Origin: Pontiella sp.
GTDB taxonomy: Bacteria > Verrucomicrobiota > Kiritimatiellia > Kiritimatiellales > Pontiellaceae
Direction of reading: 5' to 3'
Assembly (NCBI GenBank): GCA_050290185.1
Contig: JBNKHE010000005.1
Span: 160,001 to 224,000 of the forward strand
Length of the DNA stretch: 64,000 bases
The notes beneath the pieces were generated by a model. The model ran no database searches. It saw only the letters and a program-made list of their open reading frames with translations, and was not told where the DNA came from. How positions within the stretch are numbered: position 1 is the first letter of the stretch; each line of letters opens with the position of its first letter. A program made the translations under genes and the position numbers. Shown here piece after piece: positions 10,330-19,807 of the stretch.

Positions 10330-10530
10330 ACACCCTCCGTATTTATAGGACACCACTCCAGCGTTTTTGTTGACTCAATCATGGTTCTTAATCGAATTGA
10401 TCAGTACGGTCCAATATGGGTCTAATTACTTGTTATACAACGGGATTTAACATGGAATAAGTCGAAATGCTTTACTTTTCACGGGCTTTCCGGCATATAT
10501 GAAAGGCTATTTCATAACATAAGGAAAAAC

Positions 10531-13500
10531 ATGCATAAAACCACGTTTACCATTTTGGCTACACTACTTTCCGTGGCTGCTGCAAGAGCGGCGGTAGACC
10601 CGATCACATCGTTCAACAACCTTGATTTTGATAATTCGACGTCAGGAACAAGCGGTGGATTTGATACGGGCGGTTATGACGTTCCCGGTTGGACGGATTA
10701 CGATGCCCCCCTTGCCGACGCAGGAATTGGTGGAGTGCCTGGCGATTGGTGGAGTGCCCAGGATGGTTACGCCGCTTTTATGGCATCTGGCGACGCAGCC
10801 TACACGATGAGCACGTATACCATCCAGTCGGGGGATCGATTTGCCATCGACTTTTATGCCATGCACTGGGAATGGGAGGGGACGGGTGAATGGACCGTCA
10901 CTTTGTTTTATGACAATCCTGCCAATGTAATCGGTACCTTTGTACAGGGAGGTCTTCCCAACAGCGGTACATGGACCCGCTACACCAGCCCTGCAATTGC
11001 AGCAACACCCGCCTCGGTCGGCCATACGCTCGGTGTCCTGTTTACAAGCACGGGCACGGGCATCTCGCAAGTGGACGAAATTACGGTGGGTTGGCCATTG
11101 GACCTGCAGTATTACTGGGGCGATGACTTTTCCGGCACCTTGGTTAATGAAGACAAATGGCAAGTTAACGGGCCCGATTGGGGCATGTCCACTGCGTCTC
11201 CCACTGCGGCGTCGGCCAGCAAGGTGCATGTGGGTGATGGTAGTCTGTCGCTTGAGGCCACCCGGACGAAAGTCAACGGATCCAATAATGCTGGTGATGA
11301 AATATTTGATGGAGGTCTGATTTCGACCGACGGGAAACCCCGTTTCAGTGGAGATTGCTACATCGAGGCCCGCATCCTGCTCCCCGATACCATAGGCTCA
11401 TGGCCCGCATTCTGGGCGCTGCACAACGGCTGGCCGCCGGAGATGGACATCATGGAATATCCATACGGAGCCTACGGCAATGACCAGTATCATACGGCAT
11501 TTCACTACACGAATCCCAGTGGCGGGCAATCCGCCGGCGCCGGTGCGGTGAATCCGGGTTCGGCAGGCGACCTGCGAGGCTCGTACCATATCTTTGGTGT
11601 CGATTGGGACTATAACAACTCGGTCAGGTTTTATTTTGACGGAGCCGAGGTCAGCTCGTTCTATAGCACGACAGAAGTCTCTGAAATGGCGGACCTTTAC
11701 CTGATCCTCAACTACGCCGTCGGCGGCTGGCCTGCCGTGCCAAGCACCACCGACTGGCCGGTGGGTTTCACGGATGAGACATTGGTAGACTGGGTCCGCG
11801 TCTGGAAATACGGCGCAACCAAGGCGACGGCATGGCAGGGCGACGGTGCTGGATCAAATGCGGCTTGGAACAATGCCGGCCACTGGTCGAACGGGGAGCC
11901 TACCCTCAGCGGCGTGACGGCAAACTTCGATACAATTTCCCCGGAGACATCGCAAACCGTCGATATTCCCGGAACGCGCAGGGCATCGGTCATCAATCTC
12001 GACGGCAGCACCCGCTACCGATTCGGAAACGACACGGATCGACTCATTCTCGGCTTCGGCAATCTGGGCGCGATTCAGCCCGCCATCAATATGGCCGCCA
12101 CCACGACCACCGAGCAGGAATTCTGGTCTATACTCGAATGGTCCGGCACCCTCGGCATCAACAACGACTCGTCTTATCCCTTGCTGCTAACCGGGGGGCT
12201 TGTGGGTGGTGACGGGATCAATATCGACGGTCCCGGTGTGGTCAGTTTTGATGGCAGCGGCAACAATTTCATTGGAACGGTCAAGATTGGTGTCGGGCAG
12301 GGCCCCGGCATCGTCCGTGCGCGCGGGCAGCATGCGCTGGGTCATGGGGACACCGTGATTATCGGTGACACCGGCAATGCGACAACCGCCCGACTGGAAC
12401 TCGAGAACGATAGCCTTGTATCCAATCCGATCAATCTAAGTGGGCGTAGCAACGCCTCGGCCGGAATCGTCAACAACAGCGGCAGCAATACGATCTCCGG
12501 AACGGTCCGTGCCCAAACCGGCGGCGCCAACTACTGGGTCCAATCGGACGCCGGCCAACTTAACCTGACAGGTCCTGTGGCTATGAGCAGTATCGCAACC
12601 GGCACGCGAACCTTCACTCTGCGAGGAGCCGGAGACGGCATGGTCGACGGAGCCATCGAAAACGGAAGCGCCGGAACAATGAATATCGTCAAAGACGGTA
12701 CTGGCACCTGGACGCTCACGGACGGAATCGGCTCATTGTACTTCGAAGGTGCGAATACCTATTCCGGTACGACCACGGTTTCAGACGGCACCCTGGTTGT
12801 AAACGGAACCACCGGCTCCGGCGCAACCACCGTGGCCAGCGGCGCGACACTGGCAGGTCGGGGCTTGGTTCACAACAATCTGGTTGCCCAGTCCGGAGCC
12901 ACGATCCGTATCGGTGAAGATGGAATTCCCCATCTATCGAACCCGACATTTGCTCTGATCGACAATTTCGATAGCTACAACAACAGTGGCACCACCACGA
13001 TCGGCTCCAGCGGTAGCGGCGACTGCACCGCCGGTGTTTGGGACGGGGTGTTCGACGGAACCGGAAATGCAAGGGTTCTTGATGTCTCCGGGGCTGGCCA
13101 GGTGTTGGACGTTTACGGGATCCCCGCCAATGGGGCCACGGGGTGGCGCGGAGCAAAGACAGACCTGGCCAACAATTTCGGAGCGGACTTCACCGTGCCC
13201 GATAGTTCGGTTACCACACTCTTTTTCCGGTTCCGGGCCCGGAGCGGCGGCGGCAACTTCGACTGCATGTTCGGGTTGACCGACCAGGTCTACAATCTTG
13301 ACAACACGGATTCATGGCAGGATTTCGCGGTCATGCCGTTTCTGGCCGGCGGCGGCGTTGGCGCGGCTGATTTCCAGGTTGCTGAAACAACCATTATCAA
13401 TAACGTCGCGGCGGACACGTGGTACAATGTCTGGCTCGTAGTGGACACCACCGCCAATGATTTCGATGTCTATACCTCGACGGGAACCGCGGCCGGGACA

Positions 13501-14331
13501 CTTAAGTATGCCGGCTCCGCGTTCAGGAACGGTCTGGGCAAGGGATCGCTCACGACCTTTGGCGTGGCACAGCGGGAAGCAGGTCATGTCCAGATTGACA
13601 ACATCCACATTTCCAGCGGGGTGGATATTTCTAATCCACTGAACGTGGCGTCCCCCGCGCTGACGGCGGAAACGTTGTCGGTTGAAAACGATTGTTTCCT
13701 CGCGGCCAGCACGGCACTTGAGTTTGACCTCTTTGACACCAGCACATACGACCGCTTGGCCGTTGGCGGAAACCTCTCGGCAGGAGGAACCCTGCGAGTT
13801 GCTCAAGATGCCGCAGGAACCCCTCCGGCTCTGGGTGATACGTATGATCTGTTCGATGCCACGGGCTTCTCCGGAAACTTCGCGAGCTATGATCTGCCCT
13901 CGTTGGCTGCCGGATTGAAATGGAACACCGATTCCATCGGCAACGGTGTGATCAGCGTGGAAGCTGATCCGTCCGTCTTTGCCGGCTACATGCTCAACTA
14001 TGGCATTCCGGGTGCGCTGTTCGAGGATGATGCAAACTCCAATGGAATTCCGAACGGCATGGAGTATTATCTGGGCTGGAATCCAACCAATCCATTGACC
14101 ACGAACCGTGTTCTGTCCTTTACCAGCAACTATCTTTCCGTGGTGCACCCGTACAATTCTTCGGCATCCGGTGTGACGGGGTCCGTGGAATGGACAACGG
14201 ACCTGTTGTCCAGCAATTGGTTCACAACCGGCATCACCTATGCGACAAATAGTTCGCCGGATGAAATCGAAGCAACACTGGGAAGCACAACGACCAATCA
14301 GCTTTTCATTCGCTTGAAAGTGGAGCAGTAG
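10531..14331 (+). CDS. Secreted GH16 glycoside hydrolase with autotransporter-associated beta-strand repeats
   Basis: Signal peptide; GH16 motif WPAFW...WPPEMDIME (ExDxxE); repeats K.GTGTWTL...NTYSGTTTVS.GTL.V; C-terminal D.N.NGIPN..EY..G.NP ... FIRL segment. Confidence 0.88.
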   Translation: MHKTTFTILATLLSVAAARAAVDPITSFNNLDFDNSTSGTSGGFDTGGYDVPGWTDYDAPLADAGIGGVPGDWWSAQDGYAAFMASGDAAYTMSTYTIQSGDRFAIDFYAMHWEWEGTGEWTVTLFYDNPANVIGTFVQGGLPNSGTWTRYTSPAIAATPASVGHTLGVLFTSTGTGISQVDEITVGWPLDLQYYWGDDFSGTLVNEDKWQVNGPDWGMSTASPTAASASKVHVGDGSLSLEATRTKVNGSNNAGDEIFDGGLISTDGKPRFSGDCYIEARILLPDTIGSWPAFWALHNGWPPEMDIMEYPYGAYGNDQYHTAFHYTNPSGGQSAGAGAVNPGSAGDLRGSYHIFGVDWDYNNSVRFYFDGAEVSSFYSTTEVSEMADLYLILNYAVGGWPAVPSTTDWPVGFTDETLVDWVRVWKYGATKATAWQGDGAGSNAAWNNAGHWSNGEPTLSGVTANFDTISPETSQTVDIPGTRRASVINLDGSTRYRFGNDTDRLILGFGNLGAIQPAINMAATTTTEQEFWSILEWSGTLGINNDSSYPLLLTGGLVGGDGINIDGPGVVSFDGSGNNFIGTVKIGVGQGPGIVRARGQHALGHGDTVIIGDTGNATTARLELENDSLVSNPINLSGRSNASAGIVNNSGSNTISGTVRAQTGGANYWVQSDAGQLNLTGPVAMSSIATGTRTFTLRGAGDGMVDGAIENGSAGTMNIVKDGTGTWTLTDGIGSLYFEGANTYSGTTTVSDGTLVVNGTTGSGATTVASGATLAGRGLVHNNLVAQSGATIRIGEDGIPHLSNPTFALIDNFDSYNNSGTTTIGSSGSGDCTAGVWDGVFDGTGNARVLDVSGAGQVLDVYGIPANGATGWRGAKTDLANNFGADFTVPDSSVTTLFFRFRARSGGGNFDCMFGLTDQVYNLDNTDSWQDFAVMPFLAGGGVGAADFQVAETTIINNVAADTWYNVWLVVDTTANDFDVYTSTGTAAGTLKYAGSAFRNGLGKGSLTTFGVAQREAGHVQIDNIHISSGVDISNPLNVASPALTAETLSVENDCFLAASTALEFDLFDTSTYDRLAVGGNLSAGGTLRVAQDAAGTPPALGDTYDLFDATGFSGNFASYDLPSLAAGLKWNTDSIGNGVISVEADPSVFAGYMLNYGIPGALFEDDANSNGIPNGMEYYLGWNPTNPLTTNRVLSFTSNYLSVVHPYNSSASGVTGSVEWTTDLLSSNWFTTGITYATNSSPDEIEATLGSTTTNQLFIRLKVEQ

Positions 14332-14410
14332 GAATGAAGCGAAACCGGCGAGGTAGGGCGTATCAGCGGGCCAGCACTTACGCCGGGAAAATGGACCCAT
14401 GTTGGAGTGA

Positions 14411-14812
14411 GTGCGTCTGAACTATATCGGCAAGGGACAATCCGCTGAATCACCCTTCTTTCAAGGGCAGATCTTTCAACTGCGCCTGATGTCGAATGAA
14501 CTGACGGATATGAATGTAAGGAAGCTCGCGGAGCACGTGTCCGTTTATTTTAACGCCGGAGAGTTAAAGTTCGGGGTCTCTTCAGGCATGAAATTTTCAA
14601 AATCACTGGCAGGCACAGCCCAGGGAGGAAGCGGGAAGCTGCGATATGCAAAGACTGCCGGATCAGAATGGCTTACCATCCATCCGGATGGCAGCATGGA
14701 AGGGCGGTCGTCAAAATCCGACAAAGGTCTCAACATATTCATCATTACCGTGCAGGATGAAGAGGGCCGTATCGACGCAAAGAAGATGATGGTCGAGGTT
14801 CGGGGACGCTGA
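14411..14812 (+). pseudogene. Probable C-terminal fragment of a LamG + putative-Ig domain protein
   Basis: NYIGKGQ....PFFQGQI resembles a LamG tail; WLTI.PDG...G....D.GLN.F.ITV.D resembles an Ig-like repeat; no signal peptide or N-terminal part. Confidence 0.45.
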
Positions 14813-14816
14813 CGGT

Positions 14817-16244
14817 TCAGCATCTAAGCAGGTTAAACCGATGGGGTTGAAGAAAACAGTCCAGTAGCTTTCCGGCCTTCACCGAAGTCACATCGCGCGG
14901 CTGTGTTTCCGCCAGTTGCTGGTACAGGTTAAGCAGCCGGTTTCCATAGGCTTCGATGCCGTAGTGCTCCTGCACGATCCGGCGGTTATGTCCGATGCAT
15001 TCCGAGTCGATTAACGACGCGAAGGGGGGCATCTTGCTATGATCCTCCGGATGGTCAACGAGATGTTCAAGAACCCGACGTTGCAACGGCTCATCAAGAA
15101 TCCCGAAGTCCACCATGCCGTTGCTCATGAGAGTTGATATAGCCTCTTCAAGATATATCGGATTCCAGTCTCTTCCATACGATTGATAACTCTGCTTCAT
15201 CGCCCGTTCCAAGGTGCTCATGAACGCCGATTCTCCGACCCACTCGATCGGTACGGGAAGGGTGTCGTAGAGCGCGGACAGATCCAGTCCTTCTTCTTCG
15301 AAATCGGTGGTGATCTCGGGGAGCTTGCGACCCATGATCGATTTGCCTTCGAGCCACGGTTCAAGAAAGGCGAGCCCAAAACCTTCGGCAATACTGGTTG
15401 TGATCAACGCGTCTGCGTGTTGCACCAATTGTGAAAAATCGTGCTTTCGTCCAGCATCGAACTCAACGGGAAGGTCCAGCTCCTGAGCAAAGACGACCCA
15501 TTCGTTGTAGTACTTCTGCCATTGGGGGTTTTGAGGTGCGAGTGTGCTTTGGAACCGGTAGTCGTCCGGCGCCAACACGCTCCATAATAAAAACTCGCCC
15601 AGATTCTTCCGGCGAATTGCACGAGCAGGGTAGACAATCGTTTTAGTCCCCGTTGGATCCCGGACGACTTCCTGTTGGCTATGAGCCGCAATGGCGTTAG
15701 GGAGTTCGTGCACATGCGATAGCCCGATGTCGGCAAGGAAGGACTTGTCGCGATAGTTGATGGGGGCATACCAAACGTGTTCGGCCAACGGGTAGAGTAT
15801 TCGGTTAAGGGCATCCCCAAGATGCCCCCGCAGGAGCTGGTAGTTCTTCGGACGGCCGTCTTCTGCAAAATCGTGCGGTTGAAGCAACAGGCGGCAGCCG
15901 GCATTGGCCAGATGCCAGACCAGTTGTGGCATGAAGTTGTTTTTACCAAGTGCGTGGTTGTGGATGTGCCATATGTCGGGATCGCGCCCCAGCAGACTGC
16001 GGGCGGTAAAACGCAGATCCTCCGCCACCTGTTCGAAATCGTTGTGATGGTCTTCCGAATAACCAAGTGCTTCAAACGGTTCCGTGATCGGTGTCAATGC
16101 GTCGTCGGGAGCAGGGGCCTCTCCCGTAAGAACCAGAAAATCAACCTGGTCGCCAACCGCCTCGACCGCGCGTTCGATCACCCGCGTGACTCCTCCGGGG
16201 CGCAAGTGATAGTGAAGGATTGCAACTGCGAGTTTTCCGACCAT
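14817..16244 (-). CDS. Glycosyltransferase, GT-B/GT4-like
   Basis: HYHLRPGGVTRVI, HDFAED, RAIRRKN, EGFGLAFLE. Confidence 0.85.
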   Translation of the reverse strand: MVGKLAVAILHYHLRPGGVTRVIERAVEAVGDQVDFLVLTGEAPAPDDALTPITEPFEALGYSEDHHNDFEQVAEDLRFTARSLLGRDPDIWHIHNHALGKNNFMPQLVWHLANAGCRLLLQPHDFAEDGRPKNYQLLRGHLGDALNRILYPLAEHVWYAPINYRDKSFLADIGLSHVHELPNAIAAHSQQEVVRDPTGTKTIVYPARAIRRKNLGEFLLWSVLAPDDYRFQSTLAPQNPQWQKYYNEWVVFAQELDLPVEFDAGRKHDFSQLVQHADALITTSIAEGFGLAFLEPWLEGKSIMGRKLPEITTDFEEEGLDLSALYDTLPVPIEWVGESAFMSTLERAMKQSYQSYGRDWNPIYLEEAISTLMSNGMVDFGILDEPLQRRVLEHLVDHPEDHSKMPPFASLIDSECIGHNRRIVQEHYGIEAYGNRLLNLYQQLAETQPRDVTSVKAGKLLDCFLQPHRFNLLRC

Positions 16245-17218
16245 TACTCAATGCCGAATTTTTCGCGGTACTCAGAGATTTCAATCATGGGCGGGCGCTC
16301 TTCCTCGACAATTTCATAGGCGATCTGTTCGAAGGTTTCGTCCTTGGCCTGAAACTGACGCAGCAGGGTGCTGAGATCGGGCAACTTACCAATGACGCCG
16401 AGTGCTTCGGCTCTGAACAGAAACGCACGGAGAATACCGAAAGCCATTTTCCCGAGGTCGCGGGTTTCCTGGTTTCGGTGGACCCGCTGGTCGAGATCAA
16501 CCTGGGCAATCGCATCCATGCCCCATTTTTCATAGACATCTATCAGGTGCGAGGTTTCAACTCCGTAGCCGATGGGGAAGGGGATTTTGTCCAGGACTTC
16601 GCGCCGGACGGCATATTCGCCGGAGAGCGGCTGGATCAGCCCGGTCAGGTCGGGGAAGAAAAGCGAAAACAACGGCCGCACAAGAATCTCGGTCACCCGT
16701 CCGCCGCCGGATGGCCGCACCCCCTGGGAGAAAGCCAGCGGCCGGTCGTAGAAGGCTTTGACGTAGTGGACTTCCGGGCGGTAGATCAGAGGCGCAACGA
16801 GCCCGTATACAAAACGCGGATGAATGTTCTTAATGTCGGCGTCGACATAGACGATGATGTCGCCCGTCAGCTCGTATACCGCTTTCCATAGGTTTTCTCC
16901 CTTGCCCTTCTTTTCTCCGTATTGCGGAAGGATATCCTTGGAAAGATAGACGTCGGCACCAAAGGTCGATGCAATTTCCCGTGTGCTGTCGGAGGAGCCG
17001 GAATCGATTACGGCAATTTCATCAAGCAAAGGATAGCGGTCCATCAATTCAGATTTGAATATGACGATTTCTTTGCCAATCGTCTTCTCCTCGTTGAGGG
17101 TCGGCAGGCACAGGGAAATTTTAAGGCCCTGTTTCTCCTTTTCCTGTACAAGCTTCTTGAGGTCCCAGAATTGGGAGTGGTGGATGGTGTTGTTCTTGAT
17201 CCAGTTATTCAGGCTCAT
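16244..17218 (-). CDS. gpgS: Glucosyl-3-phosphoglycerate synthase
   Basis: LPTLNEE, DSGS.D, GKGENLW, VDAD, GGRVTE, QPLSGEYA, GYGVE, HRNQ. Confidence 0.92.
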   Translation of the reverse strand: MSLNNWIKNNTIHHSQFWDLKKLVQEKEKQGLKISLCLPTLNEEKTIGKEIVIFKSELMDRYPLLDEIAVIDSGSSDSTREIASTFGADVYLSKDILPQYGEKKGKGENLWKAVYELTGDIIVYVDADIKNIHPRFVYGLVAPLIYRPEVHYVKAFYDRPLAFSQGVRPSGGGRVTEILVRPLFSLFFPDLTGLIQPLSGEYAVRREVLDKIPFPIGYGVETSHLIDVYEKWGMDAIAQVDLDQRVHRNQETRDLGKMAFGILRAFLFRAEALGVIGKLPDLSTLLRQFQAKDETFEQIAYEIVEEERPPMIEISEYREKFGIE

Positions 17219-18386
17219 TGCAAAATCCTCCGTCGATGGCGAGTAGCACGGCAAGCAGCTGTGCAAGACCGGTATAGATGGGTTTGATGAGAATCGTTTC
17301 GTTAAGATCGTGCAGATTGCTGGCCTCGGTGATGCCCAGGGTGACTGATGGAAGTCCCCGGCTGATAAGTTCCGAAACCTCGGACATGCTTGGACGTATA
17401 GTGGGTTTGAGCTCCAGCTTTTCCATGATCCGTCGACAGTTCTTCACCAACGGATGGCCAACTTCGATACCGCCTGGTTCACGACTGGAAACCACGGTAA
17501 ATTCAAAATCAGCCTTATGCGACGCTGTGGCATGGGCAATGATATCGTCGATCCGTTCGCGGATCGATTCCACCAGCTCGGCACTTTCGCTACGCACTTC
17601 GAAGCGCAGGCTCGACTGCGTGGCCATGATGTTATAGCTCTTTCCTCCTCGGATGGCACCAAGCACAATCGTGGTTCGGGGGCGGCGCGGTATCGGTATT
17701 TCCAGTATGCGGTTAATAATATCATTCAATGCAATGATGGCACTGTTTTGGCCCGCCTTTTTCCAATCCAGCTCCTCGGGTAGTTTACAGGTAATGACAC
17801 CGCGGAACATCCCTTCGGCGCTGTAGCTGAGTCGGCCGATCTGCGCCCCCTCGACACAGATGCCGGCATCAAAGGGGATGCTGTTGTTTTCCATAAAAAA
17901 ACGGAGCCCGTCTAGATTGCCGCTGCCCAATCCCTTGGTGCTGCTCAACAACACGAGGTTTGCATTCAGCTGTATATCCAGCAACTCGAAGATACTGGGC
18001 AACGTGGCAAGAACGGCCATGCCCAGGCTGTTGTCGGCTACGCCGGGGCCGATAATTTCATCCGAGCGCACCGAGAGGGTGTGATCGGCCTTTTCCGTGT
18101 AGACCGAATCCGCATGCGCCACCAGCAGAATGTTGCGATCAGGATCCGTACCGCGAATAATGCCGACTCCATTCCCTTCTTCGTCGGAGGAAACGTTTTC
18201 AAGTCCGCATTCGACCATGCGTTGTAAAAGCAGTTTCACGCGGGCTTCTTCTTCAAAGGTCGGGGAGGGGATTTCGCTGAGCATGATCAGGTTGGCGATC
18301 AAAGTTTCCTGGATGCCTTCAAGTTGGTGAGGCAACTCAGGAACCCATGCCATGAGGTCATCGATGTCCTTGAATTTTGTTTTCAT
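17205..18386 (-). CDS. M20/M25/M40 family metallo-hydrolase-like protein
   Basis: IPSPTF.E..R, AHADSV, GPGVADN, dimerisation domain, C-terminal H..NE; the usual EE motif appears absent. Confidence 0.75.
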   Translation of the reverse strand: MKTKFKDIDDLMAWVPELPHQLEGIQETLIANLIMLSEIPSPTFEEEARVKLLLQRMVECGLENVSSDEEGNGVGIIRGTDPDRNILLVAHADSVYTEKADHTLSVRSDEIIGPGVADNSLGMAVLATLPSIFELLDIQLNANLVLLSSTKGLGSGNLDGLRFFMENNSIPFDAGICVEGAQIGRLSYSAEGMFRGVITCKLPEELDWKKAGQNSAIIALNDIINRILEIPIPRRPRTTIVLGAIRGGKSYNIMATQSSLRFEVRSESAELVESIRERIDDIIAHATASHKADFEFTVVSSREPGGIEVGHPLVKNCRRIMEKLELKPTIRPSMSEVSELISRGLPSVTLGITEASNLHDLNETILIKPIYTGLAQLLAVLLAIDGGFCNEPE

Positions 18387-18544
18387 ATAAATCCTTGGTT
18401 GATGCTGCTACGCCTAAACATTAGCAGAGCACTGAAATATGGCAAAGGGACATGATGTTAATCTTCGATTATGTATTGCTCTGCAAAAAGGCTTCACATG
18501 AACCATGGGGCGGCTATGCTTCCTTCTAGAACGAAAAGGTGGCC

Positions 18545-19807
18545 ATGAGCGAAAATATCGGATTTGTTTCAACGCGATTTGCAGGCACCGACGGCGTTTC
18601 GCTCGAGAGCGCGAAATGGGCCAAGGTTCTGTGGGATTTTGAACACCACAGCTTCTGGTATGCCGGCCGGCTGGACCGGGCATCAGAAGTGAGCTATTGC
18701 ATTCCAGAAGCCCACTTCGAGCATCCGGAAAATGTGTGGCTCAATGAGCGGATCTGGGGAAAATCCTGTCGCGATCCGATTGTCAGCCGGCGCATCCGGG
18801 ACATGGCCGAGTATCTGAAAACAACGCTCTATGAATTCGTCAAACGGTTCGACCTGCAGATTCTAGTCTTTCAGAACGCGCTCACCATTCCTATGCATGT
18901 TCCACTGGGTGTGGCCATCACCGAATTTCTGGCGGAAACACGCCTGCCTGCAATCGCACACCATCACGACTTTTACTGGGAGCGCGTACGCTTTTCCGTC
19001 AATGCCGTACCGGATTATCTCGATCTTGCGTTCCCTGCGCGCGACGACATGCTTCAGCACGTGGTCATCAACCAGGCCGCCCGGGAAGAGTTGTCGTGGC
19101 GAAAGGGACTGTCTTCGGAGCTGATTCCCAACGTCTTTGATTTCGAGATGCCCGCCCCCCAGCCGGACAACTACACGAAGAACCTGCGGGAAGATCTCGG
19201 TTTTGCGGAAGACGACATCCTGATTCTTCAGCCCACGCGCATCGTACCCCGCAAGGGCATCGAGCATTCCATCAAGCTGGTAGAATCGCTGAACGATCCG
19301 CGGGTCAAACTGGTGATATCACACTCTGCGGGCGACGAAGGGTATGAATACCAGTACATGCTGCAGGAACTGGCACACGATTCCGGGGTTGACCTGCGGC
19401 TCATCGACGACCGCATCGGCGAACTGCGCCAGATGAATTCGCTTGGACAGAAGATGTATACGCTTTGGGATCTATATCCGTTCGTGGATTTCGTCACCTA
19501 TCCGAGCCTGTATGAAGGATTCGGCAATGCCTTTCTGGAAGCGATCTATTTCAAGTTGCCGATCCTGATCAACCGCTACTCCATTTTCGCGCGAGACATC
19601 GAACCCAAGGGATTTCGCGTCCCCCTCATGGACGGCTACCTGACCAAACAAGTGATCGATGATGTCCGGCGTCTGCTGCAAGACGAAAACTATCGACGCG
19701 CCACCGTAGAACACAACTACGTCGTGGCCACCCGTTTCTATAGCTATGCCGTATTACGTCGCAGCCTGCGCACACTCATCACCAATATACGGGGACTGGA
19801 ATCATGA
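18545..19807 (+). CDS. GT4 glycosyltransferase, mannosylglucosylglycerate synthase (MggS)-like
   Basis: STRFAGTDGVSLE..KW, HHHDFYWER, QPTRIVPRKGIE, YPSLYEGFGNAFLE. Confidence 0.8.
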   Translation: MSENIGFVSTRFAGTDGVSLESAKWAKVLWDFEHHSFWYAGRLDRASEVSYCIPEAHFEHPENVWLNERIWGKSCRDPIVSRRIRDMAEYLKTTLYEFVKRFDLQILVFQNALTIPMHVPLGVAITEFLAETRLPAIAHHHDFYWERVRFSVNAVPDYLDLAFPARDDMLQHVVINQAAREELSWRKGLSSELIPNVFDFEMPAPQPDNYTKNLREDLGFAEDDILILQPTRIVPRKGIEHSIKLVESLNDPRVKLVISHSAGDEGYEYQYMLQELAHDSGVDLRLIDDRIGELRQMNSLGQKMYTLWDLYPFVDFVTYPSLYEGFGNAFLEAIYFKLPILINRYSIFARDIEPKGFRVPLMDGYLTKQVIDDVRRLLQDENYRRATVEHNYVVATRFYSYAVLRRSLRTLITNIRGLES

